Notes: generated from the sequence alone by a model not told the origin. A DNA stretch of 41,466 bases from Octopus bimaculoides (GCF_001194135.2 NC_068985.1:15423161-15464626), one strand, 5' to 3'. Shown: positions 11,911-24,429, numbered from the stretch's first letter. Numbers and translations: made by a program.

Positions 11911-12308
11911 ACATTTCTGCCATCTCACCACTTTTGGATAATCAATGTTACAAGAGGGGGGGGGGCGTCAGTCTTAATGAGTAGCTCAATAGTTTCATCA
12001 GTAACCAAAGAGATAAAGATGCTCAGGAAAGAAGTAGAGACGTCAGATAAACAATGTTTGAAAGTAACAAATGATTACAGCATCACCATTTTATCATGCT
12101 TGCACGAGTCAGGAATTCTTTGAGGCAAAATTTTCTACTGTCAGATGCCCTTCTCAAGTCTATCGAACAAAATACCCAAGACTAAGATCATGCAACATGT
12201 AAAGAAGCCCTGACATACAGGACAGTAAGCATGACACCACCTATATTTAATAACAAGGCTGTTTTGTTTACAGAAGCTAAACACAAAGACCAGGTAAAAT
12301 CAAACATA

Positions 12309-12523
12309 CAAAGGGGGTGCTGAAAAGTTCCTGGCTTTGGGTAAAAGAAAATACAAGACAATCAATTATGATTTTATTCAACATATTCCCCTCTCAGACT
12401 TATTGCACTAGTCATACAGTTTTTCGAAGCCCCGGAAAAGAACTCAGTAGGTTGGGCCTCCAACCAGGTCTTTTACAATACCCCCTCCACTCAATGCCAG
12501 GAACTTTTCAGTACCCCACCTCA
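12309..12523. mobile_element. Mariner-type MITE with TA target duplication
   Basis: TIR GGGGTGCTGAAAAGTTCCTGGC (12314-12335) versus GCCAGGAACTTTTCAGTACCCC (12496-12517), 21/22 match. TA at 12307-12308 and 12524-12525. Confidence 0.85.
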
Positions 12524-12825
12524 TATGCACACATTTACCACAGGTTTCAGTTTCTATCAGCTAGTTTTACCGAAGGGGTTATTGCTAGATCCACAGCTAT
12601 CATATAGAAAGTTAACGAACAATTTTTCACACAATGAACTGGACCCCACGAGCAATTTGTGAAGTGGTGCTTCTGTCACAAAATTAAACTTTCCATCAAC
12701 CCAGCTTATTTTCATAAACTGTAGGCATGGTTGTGGTTCTGAAGCAAACCTTCACCATACAGCCATGCCAACAATCTATAAAAATTAGCTGGGTTGATAG
12801 AATGTGTACAAAAATGTTGCACAAC

Positions 12826-13187
12826 AGGTGCAGGAGTGGCTGTGTGGTAAGTAGCTAGCTTACCAACCGCATGGTTCTGGGTTCAATACCATTGCATGGC
12901 ACCTTGGGCAAGTGACTTCTATAGCCTCAGGCCAACCAAAGCCTCGAGTGAATTTGAGACGGAAACTGAAAGAAGCCCGTCGGGTATTTATATGTGTGTG
13001 TCTGCCTCCCCAACATCGCTTGACAACTGATGCTGGTGTGTTCATGTCTCCATAACTTAATTCGGCAAAAGAGAACGATAGAATACGTACTAGGCTTACA
13101 AAGAATAAGTTCTGGGGGTCGATTTGTTCGACTAAAGGCGGTGCTCCAGCATGGCTGCAGTCATTTGACTGCAGCAAGTAAAAGAGT
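12826..13187 (+). mobile_element. Full-length family-A SINE
   Basis: Colinear with 10587-10960. Confidence 0.9.
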
Positions 13188-13640
13188 ATGTAAGCGATGA
13201 TGCATATGGGCGAGAGTAAAGACGGCTAGGTATCCCAAGAAACCCACAAGACAGGAAGTCATGAGAAGGAATAAGCTGAACCTAAGATGACACAGTTGAA
13301 ATACTTCTGCTAACACCATACAAACATGGAAAAATTTGGAGCCAACCCTGGTCAAATTATTAACTCAAAGTTATCACATCAAACCCTCAAGCAAGGTGCA
13401 ACAGTGAGATCCCTGAATTACAGAGTTACCAACTACTGATCCATGATGTGCTTGTACCCAACCACAATACTTTGATATCTAACAGTTAATTGTAATTAAC
13501 ATCTTACAATTATGCATCAAGTTAGGTGACAAAACTCAGACCTCCTCCATCAACCTTGCCTAAAGAAAAACTACAGGTTTCTATTAATAACTATGGGAGG
13601 GGGAACATACGAAAAAAACCTAGGATTAAATCAGATCAGT

Positions 13641-14103
13641 AACCCCCTTTAGCATTTAAACTAGTCATATCCAGCCTAAATATTCTACTGGTTTTATGTT
13701 CAAACTGGTCAGATCTGGCCTCACACCTACCTTACAAATGTCACTGAAAAAAAAAAAAGAAAAAAAATTGCATTGAAATAACGCTAAGAGTCAATAGCAT
13801 GATTATGCCAGCCCCCACTCCCCATATGGCTCCTGTACCAGTAGCACTTAAAAAGCACCACCGAAATTTGGCCAATTCCAGTGCTACCTGACAGTAGTGC
13901 CACATAAAAGCACCCACTACACAGAGTTGTCGGCTTTCGGAAGGGAATCAAGCTGTAGAAACATTGCCAGATCAGATTGGAGCCTGGTTCAGCCACCTGG
14001 CTTGCCAGTCCCCAGTCAAACCCATGCCAGCATGGAAAAAACAGGAATTGGAAACAATTTGAATAAGCATTACATTTGATTAATCTGAACACTAAAGGGT
14101 TAA
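13641..14103 (+). mobile_element. piggyBac-type MITE with nested RTE 3' fragment (about 13805-14040)
   Basis: Left end cccctttagcattt, right end actaaagggTTAA. The interior matches the RTE 3' end. Confidence 0.75.
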
Positions 14104-15195
14104 TCTACCAATCAGCTTTCTGTTAATGGCTTCATGTGTAGAAAAGGTCATCAAAATGAAATTATTTTACTGATCTATACCAAAGTAAGTTAAATGGAAG
14201 AGAAGTCATTGCAATTGGTCATTTTTATACAGGTTTTAGATTTGTTTGAAGTCTTTACATGAATAGAGATACAACACATCTTTAGTTAACGACTTAAAGA
14301 TGTCAGAATTTGGTAAACAAGTCACTGAACCTACCATAACCAGTAAATATTGTTAGGTTCAAACTTTACACCTATCCTACAATGTCAATCAAAAGGAATT
14401 ATTTTTAAATTTCAAAAGGTGCAAGAAATTGATTTTTTAAAAATCTCGAAAGGTGCAAAAGATTATTTTAAAATCAAGATGAAGCATCACGCTCAGTAAT
14501 CTGAATGCCTGTCTTTCACTTTACTGCTCTGAAACTGAACAGTTTACTTCAAGCTGATGAAGTAATACCTTTGCACAGGTACATCACATGCTAGATAGCT
14601 TAATTAGCTACTCAAAATCACATCCTAACATCTTTTGGAAAGGATGTATTGAAAAAATGTATTTGTAAAGAGGTTTCTAATTTGTCTGTATTTTTACAGA
14701 ACTACATGTGTATGTAAGATCAATACAGATTAGGTCTGCATCTTGCAGACTATAGAGAGCTTCCATAAAAAGGATGAAGAGCAATTTCTGAAATGACTGA
14801 GTAACCTAATCAACTTGAAGAAACATATTTATGATTAGAGGTAAGCTACACAGAGCAGTGTTTCTGCTAGGGTGACTAATGCAAAATTAGCATTTTGCTC
14901 TTCACTTAGTGTTAAATAAATGTCCAATGTTTAACTGTATTTTACCAATTCCAACTATCAGGAGGAAAAAAAAAAGATTTAGTGTCTGCCCATTACGTTT
15001 AAAGAAACACTTTCACACGATGAAAGGGTAGGAGTAGAGTAGAGTCAAGATTTTTCAACTCATTTCTTCCCATGGTGGTAGGAAGAAAAAAATCTGTAAT
15101 TAAAAATAAAAAAAAATAAAAAGTTGAACTAAAAGATATAGGAGTCTGAAAACAAAGGCAAAGGAGCAGCATCAACTGTTAAAACTAGAAAGAAT

Positions 15196-15381
15196 NNNNN
15201 NNNNNNNNNNNNNNNNNNNNNNNNNNNNNNNNNNNNNNNNNNNNNNNNNNNNNNNNNNNNNNNNNNNNNNNNNNNNNNNNNNNNNNNNNNNNNNNNNNNN
15301 NNNNNNNNNNNNNNNNNNNNNNNNNNNNNNNNNNNNNNNNNNNNNNNNNNNNNNNNNNNNNNNNNNNNNNNNNNNNNNNNN
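15196..15381. other. Assembly gap (186 N)
   Basis: Run of N. Confidence 1.
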
Positions 15382-18300
15382 GGACAAGACAATTTCTGAG
15401 GCAGGATTTTTTAAATTTTTATTGCTGAGAACAAAATTATTTTAATGAAGGTCTTTGGTATTTTATCCAGTGTTGCTTGAAGCCTTGATAAGAAAGAATT
15501 TTAGTTTAGTTTCAGATCTAAATTAACTAAGAAAATAAAACTGCCCTAATTAATCACTAATACAAAATGTTATTTTGTCACAACCAAATAAAGGTAGAAA
15601 AAAAAAAAAAAAAAAAAATTAATTTTTGTTTCTAGAAATGAATTACAATGTCTTGATATGCCAAGGTCAGTTGGCATTGCAAGACTCAATATGTATGAAG
15701 AGGAGGTGGTGATAAATAGAAAAAAACCTGCTTAAAATAGACACGGTTTATCATTTTGAAGCAGTTCACCCCTCCAAAAGAATAGGCACAAAAGGCAAAC
15801 ACTTATACGAGAGTCAATATTTCTTGGGAGGTCTTACAGAAAACCTGCTTTAAATGTTTGTGGTTCTATTTTTCGCATTAAAGTTTGTAATATTGGTCTA
15901 GTCTTGGTTGGTTGGTTAAAGGAAAGCAGATCCCAAACAGAAATATTAAGCTCTTATTCGAGATCTAAAAAGTCATAGAGTAAACTATATCGAATGTCCA
16001 AACTTCAGAATTAAAATACTTTAAAAACAATTCAGGACAGCCTAACCTTGGGTTACAGCTTAGAAGATTTAGGAGTAAGTTGCATGGAGCTATGACATTT
16101 TTAGGCCAAATAAGATTTGTAGTTTCAGTTATAGATTGACAAGTTTACATTTGCTTATCTTTACATCCAATAAAAACAGCCAATGTCCATTTGCCAAATC
16201 CTAGAAACTTAAAGCACTTCATTAAAGCCAGCTTTAGGTTCTCATTAGAGCTTGTAGGGGGGGAGGAAAAAAAAAAAACACCATTACCATAAATTAACCA
16301 AATAGCTTAATCTAAACAAATGGGGAAAAATTAATAGTATTACAAAAGCTAAAGACCCCTTGTTACAACCTGCCTCTCAAGGGTAACAATTGGGTTCAAA
16401 TGAAATTAAGACTGATATATTTACTGGGGACTAAATTAAAAATTAACAGTATCTTAAAAAAAAAATTAAGTTAACAGGGAGGAGCCTGAATGCTATTTTT
16501 ATGGGTCAACACAAAATCACTCATCTGAAATTTAGATGAATCTGTAAGTGATAAACTTTATGGTAATGGCATTAAAAGCTGTTTAAAAAAAAAACGGCAT
16601 TGAATGGAATTCATTCCTATTGTGTGGAAGCTGCTGAGAAATCTTGGAGCTATCTACATTTTTATTTTGCAAATAGAAAAAATTTATCTTACCTACGACT
16701 AAATCCTTGTCAAATATCAATTAACTTATTAGAATTAAAGGGGTTTTATGAAACATCCTTTTAAAACCTACAGAAGTAAAGATTTTTTCATTAAAAACCT
16801 TAAACACTTAAGGTTCTAAGATTCTACAGCAGCCTCCATAATACAACAGTAAACCACCATTGTTCAATTTGGTCCCGAAGAGTTGATCAGTTTCAAAAAT
16901 GTTTAAGCAAGTCAGAGGTCGTTATCATTAAAGGCAAGTCTGGAGATCAAATTCAAAGATGCAAATGAAATTTAGCCTTTTTACCTTTAGTTTTTAGCTG
17001 TAAAGTTGCTACTAAATGAGTAGAAAGTATCACAGTCATGATTAATTGGCTAAAAGTGAAGAAATCAGGATTGCATTGAGGTTTTGAAGCCTTCACAAAT
17101 AATTCCTCTTCACCCTTCCAAAAAATGGAAATTTTGAAAGTCTATACCCAACTTTAAATTCTGAAAAAGTTGCCAGCACATAAGGCTGTTTATCAAGGAA
17201 CCATGTCTAATTCCAGGCAAGTCGTACATAGTTCTGTTGATGAGAGCAAGCTGAGGAAGGAAGAGTGAAGGGGAATACATCAAGGCTTGTTTAGAAGAGG
17301 AAAGAATTCAAGGCACTGGAAAGCTAACCAGCAGTTCTGTGCCATTCTTTTTATAATTATAGCTAAAATATTTAAATTTCAAATGACTTTCTAAAACTAT
17401 TGTAAGCAGTGAGGCTCTTATAAGTTGCATCTTTAAAAAGGATCGGAGGAAAAAAAAAAAAAAAAAAAAAAAAAAAAGTGTTCACTCATGTTTAGTTGAA
17501 AGTCTGAATGATGGAAATTTAACTCAACTGTAGCAAAATTCAAAATAACTCCAATTAAAGCAGATATGGAAGATATCCAAAATTGAAGATCCTCAGCAAT
17601 GGAGTGAACATTCATTGCTGGAGCAAACATTTTAGTTTTCTGGATTTTACCACTGCAAAAGGTAACAGAAAATTTAAAAAAAAAAAAAAGATTTAAATAA
17701 AAAGCGATCACATAGCATTTTTTTCAGTGATCATAATCAAGGAGCAAGTCGTCACAAAGACTTATGAATTCAATCTCATTGAATTGTTGTCAATTATGAA
17801 GCTATGAGAAATGTTGCAGCTTTAAAATTTTTTTTTCTTTTTTTAACATTTTGTCTCTGAACTAATCACATCAAAAGTGATATGTTTTGTCTATATCTAG
17901 CTGAACTTGCATTGCTTTTAATTTGGTAAGAATCCATGAAAACCCAATATAGCTAAAGTTTGGTAAGAGGTTCAGTTCAGTTATTTTTACTAGCTTGTGA
18001 CGACCAGAAAGGAATTTCTCAAAATAAAAAAATATGGCAGAGTGGGTTCAGGACTTCTTCAAGACATCCAATGAGCATTTTTAGGAGGTGGAAGGAAAAA
18101 AAAAATTGCAGTTTTGTCAACAGCATTTCAAATTTTCAAGTCATTGGGTTATTGCCTATATCCCAAGCCCCACTCAGAAGATTGCAGTTGAATAGCAAAT
18201 GTCTTTACAGTACCTGTATTTTTATTTAGCAAGTGTCAACAGCAGTAGCTGCACATAAGACTCACCCAGCAGAATTGAGTCAATCCAAAGCATTAGAAAA

Positions 18301-19692
18301 AAAACATTCTGCCAGTGCTGACAGAGTATGCACAACATTTTTTCTGAGTGGGATGGTCATTATTTACATTGTATATACAGTTATGTTGAGCACGTGCTGC
18401 ACAAGGTATAGAAGACGAGATCTTGGCGACAGTTAAAAAAAGGAACCACTGTTCAGTCGCCAGCTGTGCTATTCAACAGCTGTGAGCACGATACAAAAAT
18501 ATAGAAATTTACAAAATACACAAGCTCTGCCGGTAATGTATGCACATTAGGCAAGCAGTGTAAAAGGTAATGTTAGGATTCTTTTGCGTTCAGCACCTTG
18601 CACAAACCCAACTAGCAGAATGTGCACTTCACATTTACCTTTAAGGCTGATATTTACAAGGTCAAAACTTAAGCCATTTTTTTTTTCTTAAATAAATGCT
18701 TATGCATGTAGATTTCCATTTTGACAGTTTTATAACATTTTATCTGAGTAACTGTGGAGAAGGAAGAGGGATAGAAAAGATGAAGTTGTTCATGGAAGTT
18801 TTGTAGCTGCTGGGGAGAATCAGATGTTTTGAGAAACAGTGTAGCTTTGAAATTAAATATTTGGTTTGAAGAAGTTCAACTTGCATATAACATTTAACTC
18901 CTAGAGTGCACGTCAGAATCTTGATTACCAACTATTAGTTTGTTAAGCAAGCTTAGTAAATTTGTTAGCTTGACGTGTTTTCTATTTTAAAACCATGTGT
19001 AAACTAGACTGTGCGTAGAACTTCACAACTTCAGTTGCATTTTACTGGTTGGAGTTGAAGGAAAGCAGCTGTTTGAAGAATATCTCCCCAAGTCAAACTA
19101 CATAACCTAACCCAGTTACACTGATATTTACTTTTAAACCAGGATGTGGAAGAGAAAATATAAAGTTTTTAGATGAATGATATGATGAGGACTAAAACAA
19201 GCAATTTTCCAGATAAAATGTGAAGTTTAGTCCCACTGAAGTGTTTAAATGGTGTTCATGAAAAAAGTTTTTGTTTTGGCAATTAGAGCAGAGAAATATA
19301 TATTCTTTTAAATTAAAAAAAAAACAAAAACTTCCAGTTTGAGAAGGAAAAAAAAATGGTGGGGGAAGATTGGACTTGCAGAACTTTGAGACATGTAGCC
19401 AAATGTGGAGGTACTTACAGCAACCTGGAAGAACTTAACACAGGTCGTATAATGGCATTGGGTGTTAGTTTCTTATCTAGCACCAGGTAGAATCTGTGTC
19501 CTGCATGTCATATGCAAAGATTATCAAGGTTAATACAAATAAATTCAAAGTAAATTCAACAGGAACATATCCCCCTCCCAACCCAAACTTACTGGTGCTT
19601 TTCTTTGCCAGACACAGCCTGGGCCCAGCAAATAAGTCTGTAGAAACTATGTATATATTTCTCTCCTCAAGACGCCAATGCTGCCCTTATTT
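15382..19692 (-). other. DDX6: Probable long 3' UTR of DDX6
   Basis: More than 4 kb without recognisable transposons next to the stop codon, with many U-runs on the sense strand. AATAAA candidates at 18221-18226, 16661-16666 and 15418-15423 (minus strand). Confidence 0.6.
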
Positions 19693-19849
19693 TTATTTTG
19701 ACACTTGGCCAGTCTGTTTGCAGCCATCTTCAGGACCATCTTCTGGTTTTTCCATGTGGTATTCAGCAACGTACAATGCTTTATCAATCATCTTCGGGAT
19801 TGGTTTGATTTCAGTACCTAGCTCTTCTTCCACTTTGAAGAGATTGAAT
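19693..19849 (-). CDS. DDX6: DDX6 coding exon 10 ([52 protein letters not shown])
   Basis: 157 nt to TAA at 19693-19695, tgtttcag acceptor. Conserved GTEIKPIP and LYVAEY. Confidence 0.95.
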
Positions 19850-20589
19850 CTGAAACATAAAAAAAATTTCCAGTGTCTCTAATACACAAAACGAAGTATT
19901 ATCTGAAATGGTTAAATAAGGTTTACAATTTCAGTATGTCTTTTCAAAAATGTAAATAATTTAATAGAAAATCTAAAACAACTCCAGATTTGTCCCGCAA
20001 CATAACATTACTAAATAATTGTATATGTGGAACTGCAGACGACTAACCATTTGTAATGAAACTCGCATGGAGGTAGTTTTATAGGCTGGGACGCGTTTCT
20101 ATCCTGCTAGGCCTGTATTTGTTGCTACCCCTTACTTTTATCCTCCATCCCTTACACCCCACAAGTGCTGCCTGTAAGCATTCCCACTAATATTCACACC
20201 ATCTCCCACTTCACCCCATCGCCTGCAATGCTCCAACAACCACCTTACCCTGCTATGTGTACGAGACTGTAACAAACTACATTACACCTTGCTATCTAAC
20301 ACTCATCTGGATAGTTTTACTTGTCCCACTACCTAGTCCTACTATGCCCAACCCTGCTGTTCATTATGTATACTTTAACAGTGTGCTGTTCTTACTCCTT
20401 CCCCCATCCTAGCTTACTGTCAATCACATTAACCAAGTGAAAGCACAAGGCTGGTTAGAGTACCCTCTAGACTTACTTCACCCTTGTTAGGTAAATGTAA
20501 TTAGGAAAGACCCCCACCCCTTCCATCCTCTAAAGTGATTGGTGACTGAGCAAGAGTAAAGTGGCCTCATGAGGTCCCTATGGTCTTGT

Positions 20590-20770
20590 CTCGGTGTTGG
20601 TGCCATTAGAAAACGGTTGGCAACAAGGGGATCCAGCTGTAGAAACCAAGCCAAAGAGACAAGACTTCTAGCGTCTAAACCTATTTATTGGGAACAGCAG
20701 TTTCCAATAAAGACTTGGACCATGAACTGTTCAACCCATGCCAGCATAAAAAGCCAGACAAAATGGTGAG
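20590..20770 (+). mobile_element. Degraded RTE 3' end in DDX6 intron
   Basis: atccagctgtagaaac...caacccatgccagcat anchors. Confidence 0.6.
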
Positions 20771-20844
20771 TAGCAGACCAATATGTTTCTATGTGATTCA
20801 CAATATACTCAAATTTGGGTAGTTGGAATATACAGACCATCTCA

Positions 20845-21870
20845 ATCCATTAGCATTCAATATTATTGTCTAATGCAATGCTTATTCACCATTTTGTAAT
20901 TAATCATTTATTATCTCAGCTTCAAGATTTGATTATTTTTACAATGCCATTGCAGATAGGTGATATGTCAGATCCAGTTGGTTTGACTAAACCAGAATAT
21001 TCAAGCCAGATTAAATGCTAAATGGCTACATATTAAAACTAAAACCTAACATCAACTGGCAATATTACATTTCACATAAAAAATCAGATTCAATGCTGAG
21101 AAGTGAAATTCCTCATCACATCTAAAAATATTAGCACCTTAACAGTTGAATTAATTTGCAACAGCCACAACAAAATCACAATTTTGGCCATTACTTCAGC
21201 ATTCATATGTCAAATGTATTAATTTTTTTTTAATTGATCATGCATTATCCTGTAGCTTCAAGAGACTTCATTTTTAGGTCAGATTTGGCTAGTTGAAATG
21301 CTAAATGGTTAAAATAATTTCTGTAAGCCAAAAGGTCTCAGTGTACAAAAAGATCAAAATTTGAATGTAAGATAGCATTAATATGCACCTAACATTAACA
21401 GATTACTCACCTGTCTTCATATGTAATTAGGTTGATTGCAATACCTAGATGGCCATATCTACCAGATCTACCAATTCTGTGTAAATAAGTCTCTGAATAT
21501 TTTGGAAAATCAAAGTTTATTACTACATTCACAGCCTGGATGTCAATGCCTCTAGTGAACAAATCTGAAAGAAAGAAATTAAATCCATTTTAAATCACAT
21601 CCAAGTTTGTAAACTGACATCCCAACAATTCAGAGATTCAAAATAATTGCACCATTTTAGCAAATTAACTTTCTATACACAAACATTCAGAATAATTTGT
21701 CAAATGGAAAGCTTATTCACATCATTCTGAATTAAATATCTGATAGTTTAGAGATTGAGTTTATTTTTAGAATGATATTGTAGGGTAAGAGTGAGGTTGG
21801 ATCTGGCCTGTTTGAATATGAAATAGGAATACTTGGGCCAAGTACAGCTGGTTTAAATGTTAAAGGGTTC
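20845..21870 (-). mobile_element. Three degraded piggyBac-type MITE copies flanking DDX6 coding exon 9 (about 20845-21030, 21225-21310, 21685-21870)
   Basis: gcttattcac, tgcattatc and aaatgctaaa(t/g)ggttaa family anchors. Confidence 0.55.
21411..21564 (-). CDS. DDX6: DDX6 coding exon 9 ([10 protein letters not shown]...[13 protein letters not shown]...TYED)
   Basis: 154 nt, tctttcag acceptor, CAG|GTGAGT donor. Contains motifs V and VI. Confidence 0.97.
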
Positions 21871-22654
21871 AAACCAGTTAGTGAGCTATAATGCAATAAA
21901 TGAGATGGATGAAGCTATGAAGAGATTGGATAGAACAATGCAAGATATCCTGCAGCATAAGTACTGCTTAAATTGTGAAGTTTCAGCACCACGACTCACT
22001 CCAAAGCCCAACTGACTTAGTCAAGGTGCCAAATCACAACATCAACAAACTACCTACGAAAAAGGAGTCAAAATTTCACATCTTAAAATTGGTTTATTTA
22101 TAATTTAATATATTAAATGAATATTTGTGAGGCTTTGAACAAAACAAAAAAAAAAAAAAGCAAAAAGCTAAGCTACACCCCATATAGTCAAAGAGATGTT
22201 CTATTTTCCCCACCTATTCAATATAGTTGGTGAAACTGCTATAGACCAGATCCTTTGCCATCAAAGTTTACAGACAATTTACGATCAAATTAAGACAACT
22301 TGAATTCTCTCATACAGATGTAAAAGTGATTTAATCACCTATGACAGGTAAACTAGATAATTAAGAAATATAAATTAGTAAATGTGATTAGCAAATTTAA
22401 TAAAATCCTGGAATTTTAGGAACTGGTGTGAGTGATAACTTGTTAGATTAAATTTAAAGTCAAAGGTCTAAACCAATACAAAAAGTTACAGGCTCACAAA
22501 CAGGAGTAACCACTAATCTTGTTTACCAGGTGAGTACCATTAGAACTTGCTTTGACAAAACTGGTAGTTACACCAACTTGGTATAGCAGGAGTAGTGTCT
22601 AATTTGATTTGAGGTAGTTAACATCAAATAACCCATTTTTCTGCTGTGTAGGAC

Positions 22655-22965
22655 ATCTGAGTTTGACCAAAGTGGCATGGGCTCATTTGACCAGAGCTGG
22701 TAAGTTGAGGGGCTGCACCAGACTCAAGTCCAATTTGGCACAGTTTCTATGGCTGGATGCCCTTCCTAATGCCAACCACTCCAAGAAAGTAATGGGTGCT
22801 TTTGCATAACACCAGTATCTACCACGACTACAATTTCACTTGGCTTGATGGGTTTTCTCAAGTACAGCATATTGTCAAAAGGTCTGTCATTTGTTATTGC
22901 CTCTGTGAGGCTCAAAAGATGCTTTTTACGTGCCTCCAACAAATGGCCACAACTACGATTTCACT
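22655..22965 (-). mobile_element. RTE 3' end in DDX6 intron
   Basis: gtttctatggctggatgcccttcctaatgccaaccactcc is the reverse complement of the family core. Confidence 0.75.
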
Positions 22966-24118
22966 TTTGAGAATTAATCAGGTTTTATCTTGTACCTTCA
23001 AGATGTGTATTTTAAAAATGAATGAAAAGTGAAAGACCCCAATCCAGCTGGCTTGAACAGGTAGGATATTTTGGCAGGATTTAGCCAGTTTAGATGCTAA
23101 AGGGTAATTCTCATGACCTAGTTAGATCGAATATCTGTAGGCCATGGATTGCATAAAGCAGAAGAATCCCCAGAAGTTCTGGGGAGTAAAGAATCAGAAG
23201 GTGACAATTGTAGGGATAACAGAGTAAGCAATTCAGGAGCAGTAGAAAGAAACTTAGCTAGTCTATGCTTTGCATGTAGGCAGAAGCAGCATTCCAGTGC
23301 AAGGTTTGAGCTTTTGCCAAGGGCTAGCAGTTAAAGCTATTTCACAACTGTAAACGAGAACTACCACTGCAGTTTTGGTAATTTGGAGTCTGTGGGACAA
23401 GAAATTAACAGCATATGTAGCAACTAAGGCTTTTACTGCCATGCTGATGACTAGACAGTGAGGTACAAGCATTTCCTTCAGATTTGCAATTTCATCTGAT
23501 AAAGCAGATGTCAGTATAAGATTATTTTTGAAGTGTTTAGGTTGCAACCCGACAGTATTAAAGAGAGTGAAAGATGGTTTTTATCTATATAGAGCAATTA
23601 GATAAGTTTAGGAGAGATTGATTTTATTATTGTCTAAAAAGACGAACAGAGGGGACAGCACAATATGATAGGGGGGGGGGTCATATACAATGAATGAGTT
23701 CATTAAAAATGTTAAAACAGGATAACATTGAATGGGGCACAAAAGACATTATACAATGAGGACAAAATGAGGTTAAAAGACAGATTTGCTCCGACCCCAC
23801 GAGCCCTGCAATTTTAACCGACACCCTGCATTTCCGTTATAACATGCTCACGCAGGGCCTTTCACTCCAAACAGGAGTGCAACACATGTCCATTGCTTTT
23901 GAAACAAGTTTAGGAGAGATTGCCAAACCAATTACAAGCATATTTGATAACTTTGTAGTTTGGAAAAAAAAATTTCAGGGAATACAATATACATTAGAAT
24001 GACAAACATATTGAACTCATTAAGATTCCTGTTAGCTGATTGGAAAAATGGAAGAAATAGGATTCAAGCAAATTGGTAATGAAAAAGCCCAAGGCAATAT
24101 TTTTATGAAATTACTTAC

Positions 24119-24299
24119 CTGAGCAGACAAGATTCCTGCAAAGGCCCTGACGAAAATCATGAAAAACTCTGTTTCTGTGTTGTTGATTCATTTTTGAATG
24201 AATATAGAAACAAGAATAACCAAGTTCTGTAATCTTTTTGGCTAACAATTCTACTCTTTGAGCCGTATTACAAAATATAATGGACTGGTTTATCTGTAA
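24119..24299 (-). CDS. DDX6: DDX6 coding exon 8 ([11 protein letters not shown]...RNLVCS)
   Basis: 181 nt, aatcag acceptor, CAG|GTAAGT donor. Contains motif IV. Confidence 0.97.
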
Positions 24300-24429
24300 C
24301 TGATTACATAAAAATAAAAATGGATAAATTTCTGAAGAATGAAAACAGCCATTTGGTAACATGTAATATTCACTACACATACATCAAATAATATACTGTA
24401 ACCCTTTCATGACAATATCCAAGTGGATA

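Noticed and set aside
20968-21119. Intronic C/D snoRNA candidate on the DDX6 strand (GTGATGA...CTGA)
   Set aside because: The D box lies inside a decayed MITE, the terminal stem is only about 3 bp, and I recognise no rRNA or snRNA guide.
23263-23547. 94-aa minus-strand ORF inside a DDX6 intron
   Set aside because: No recognisable motif and no matching splice signals; length is within chance or old-repeat expectation.
23790-23862. Small GC/CpG island with GCCCTGC/GCAGGGC stem in a DDX6 intron
   Set aside because: Only 7 bp with a long loop and no snoRNA or other family hallmark; not distinguishable from chance.
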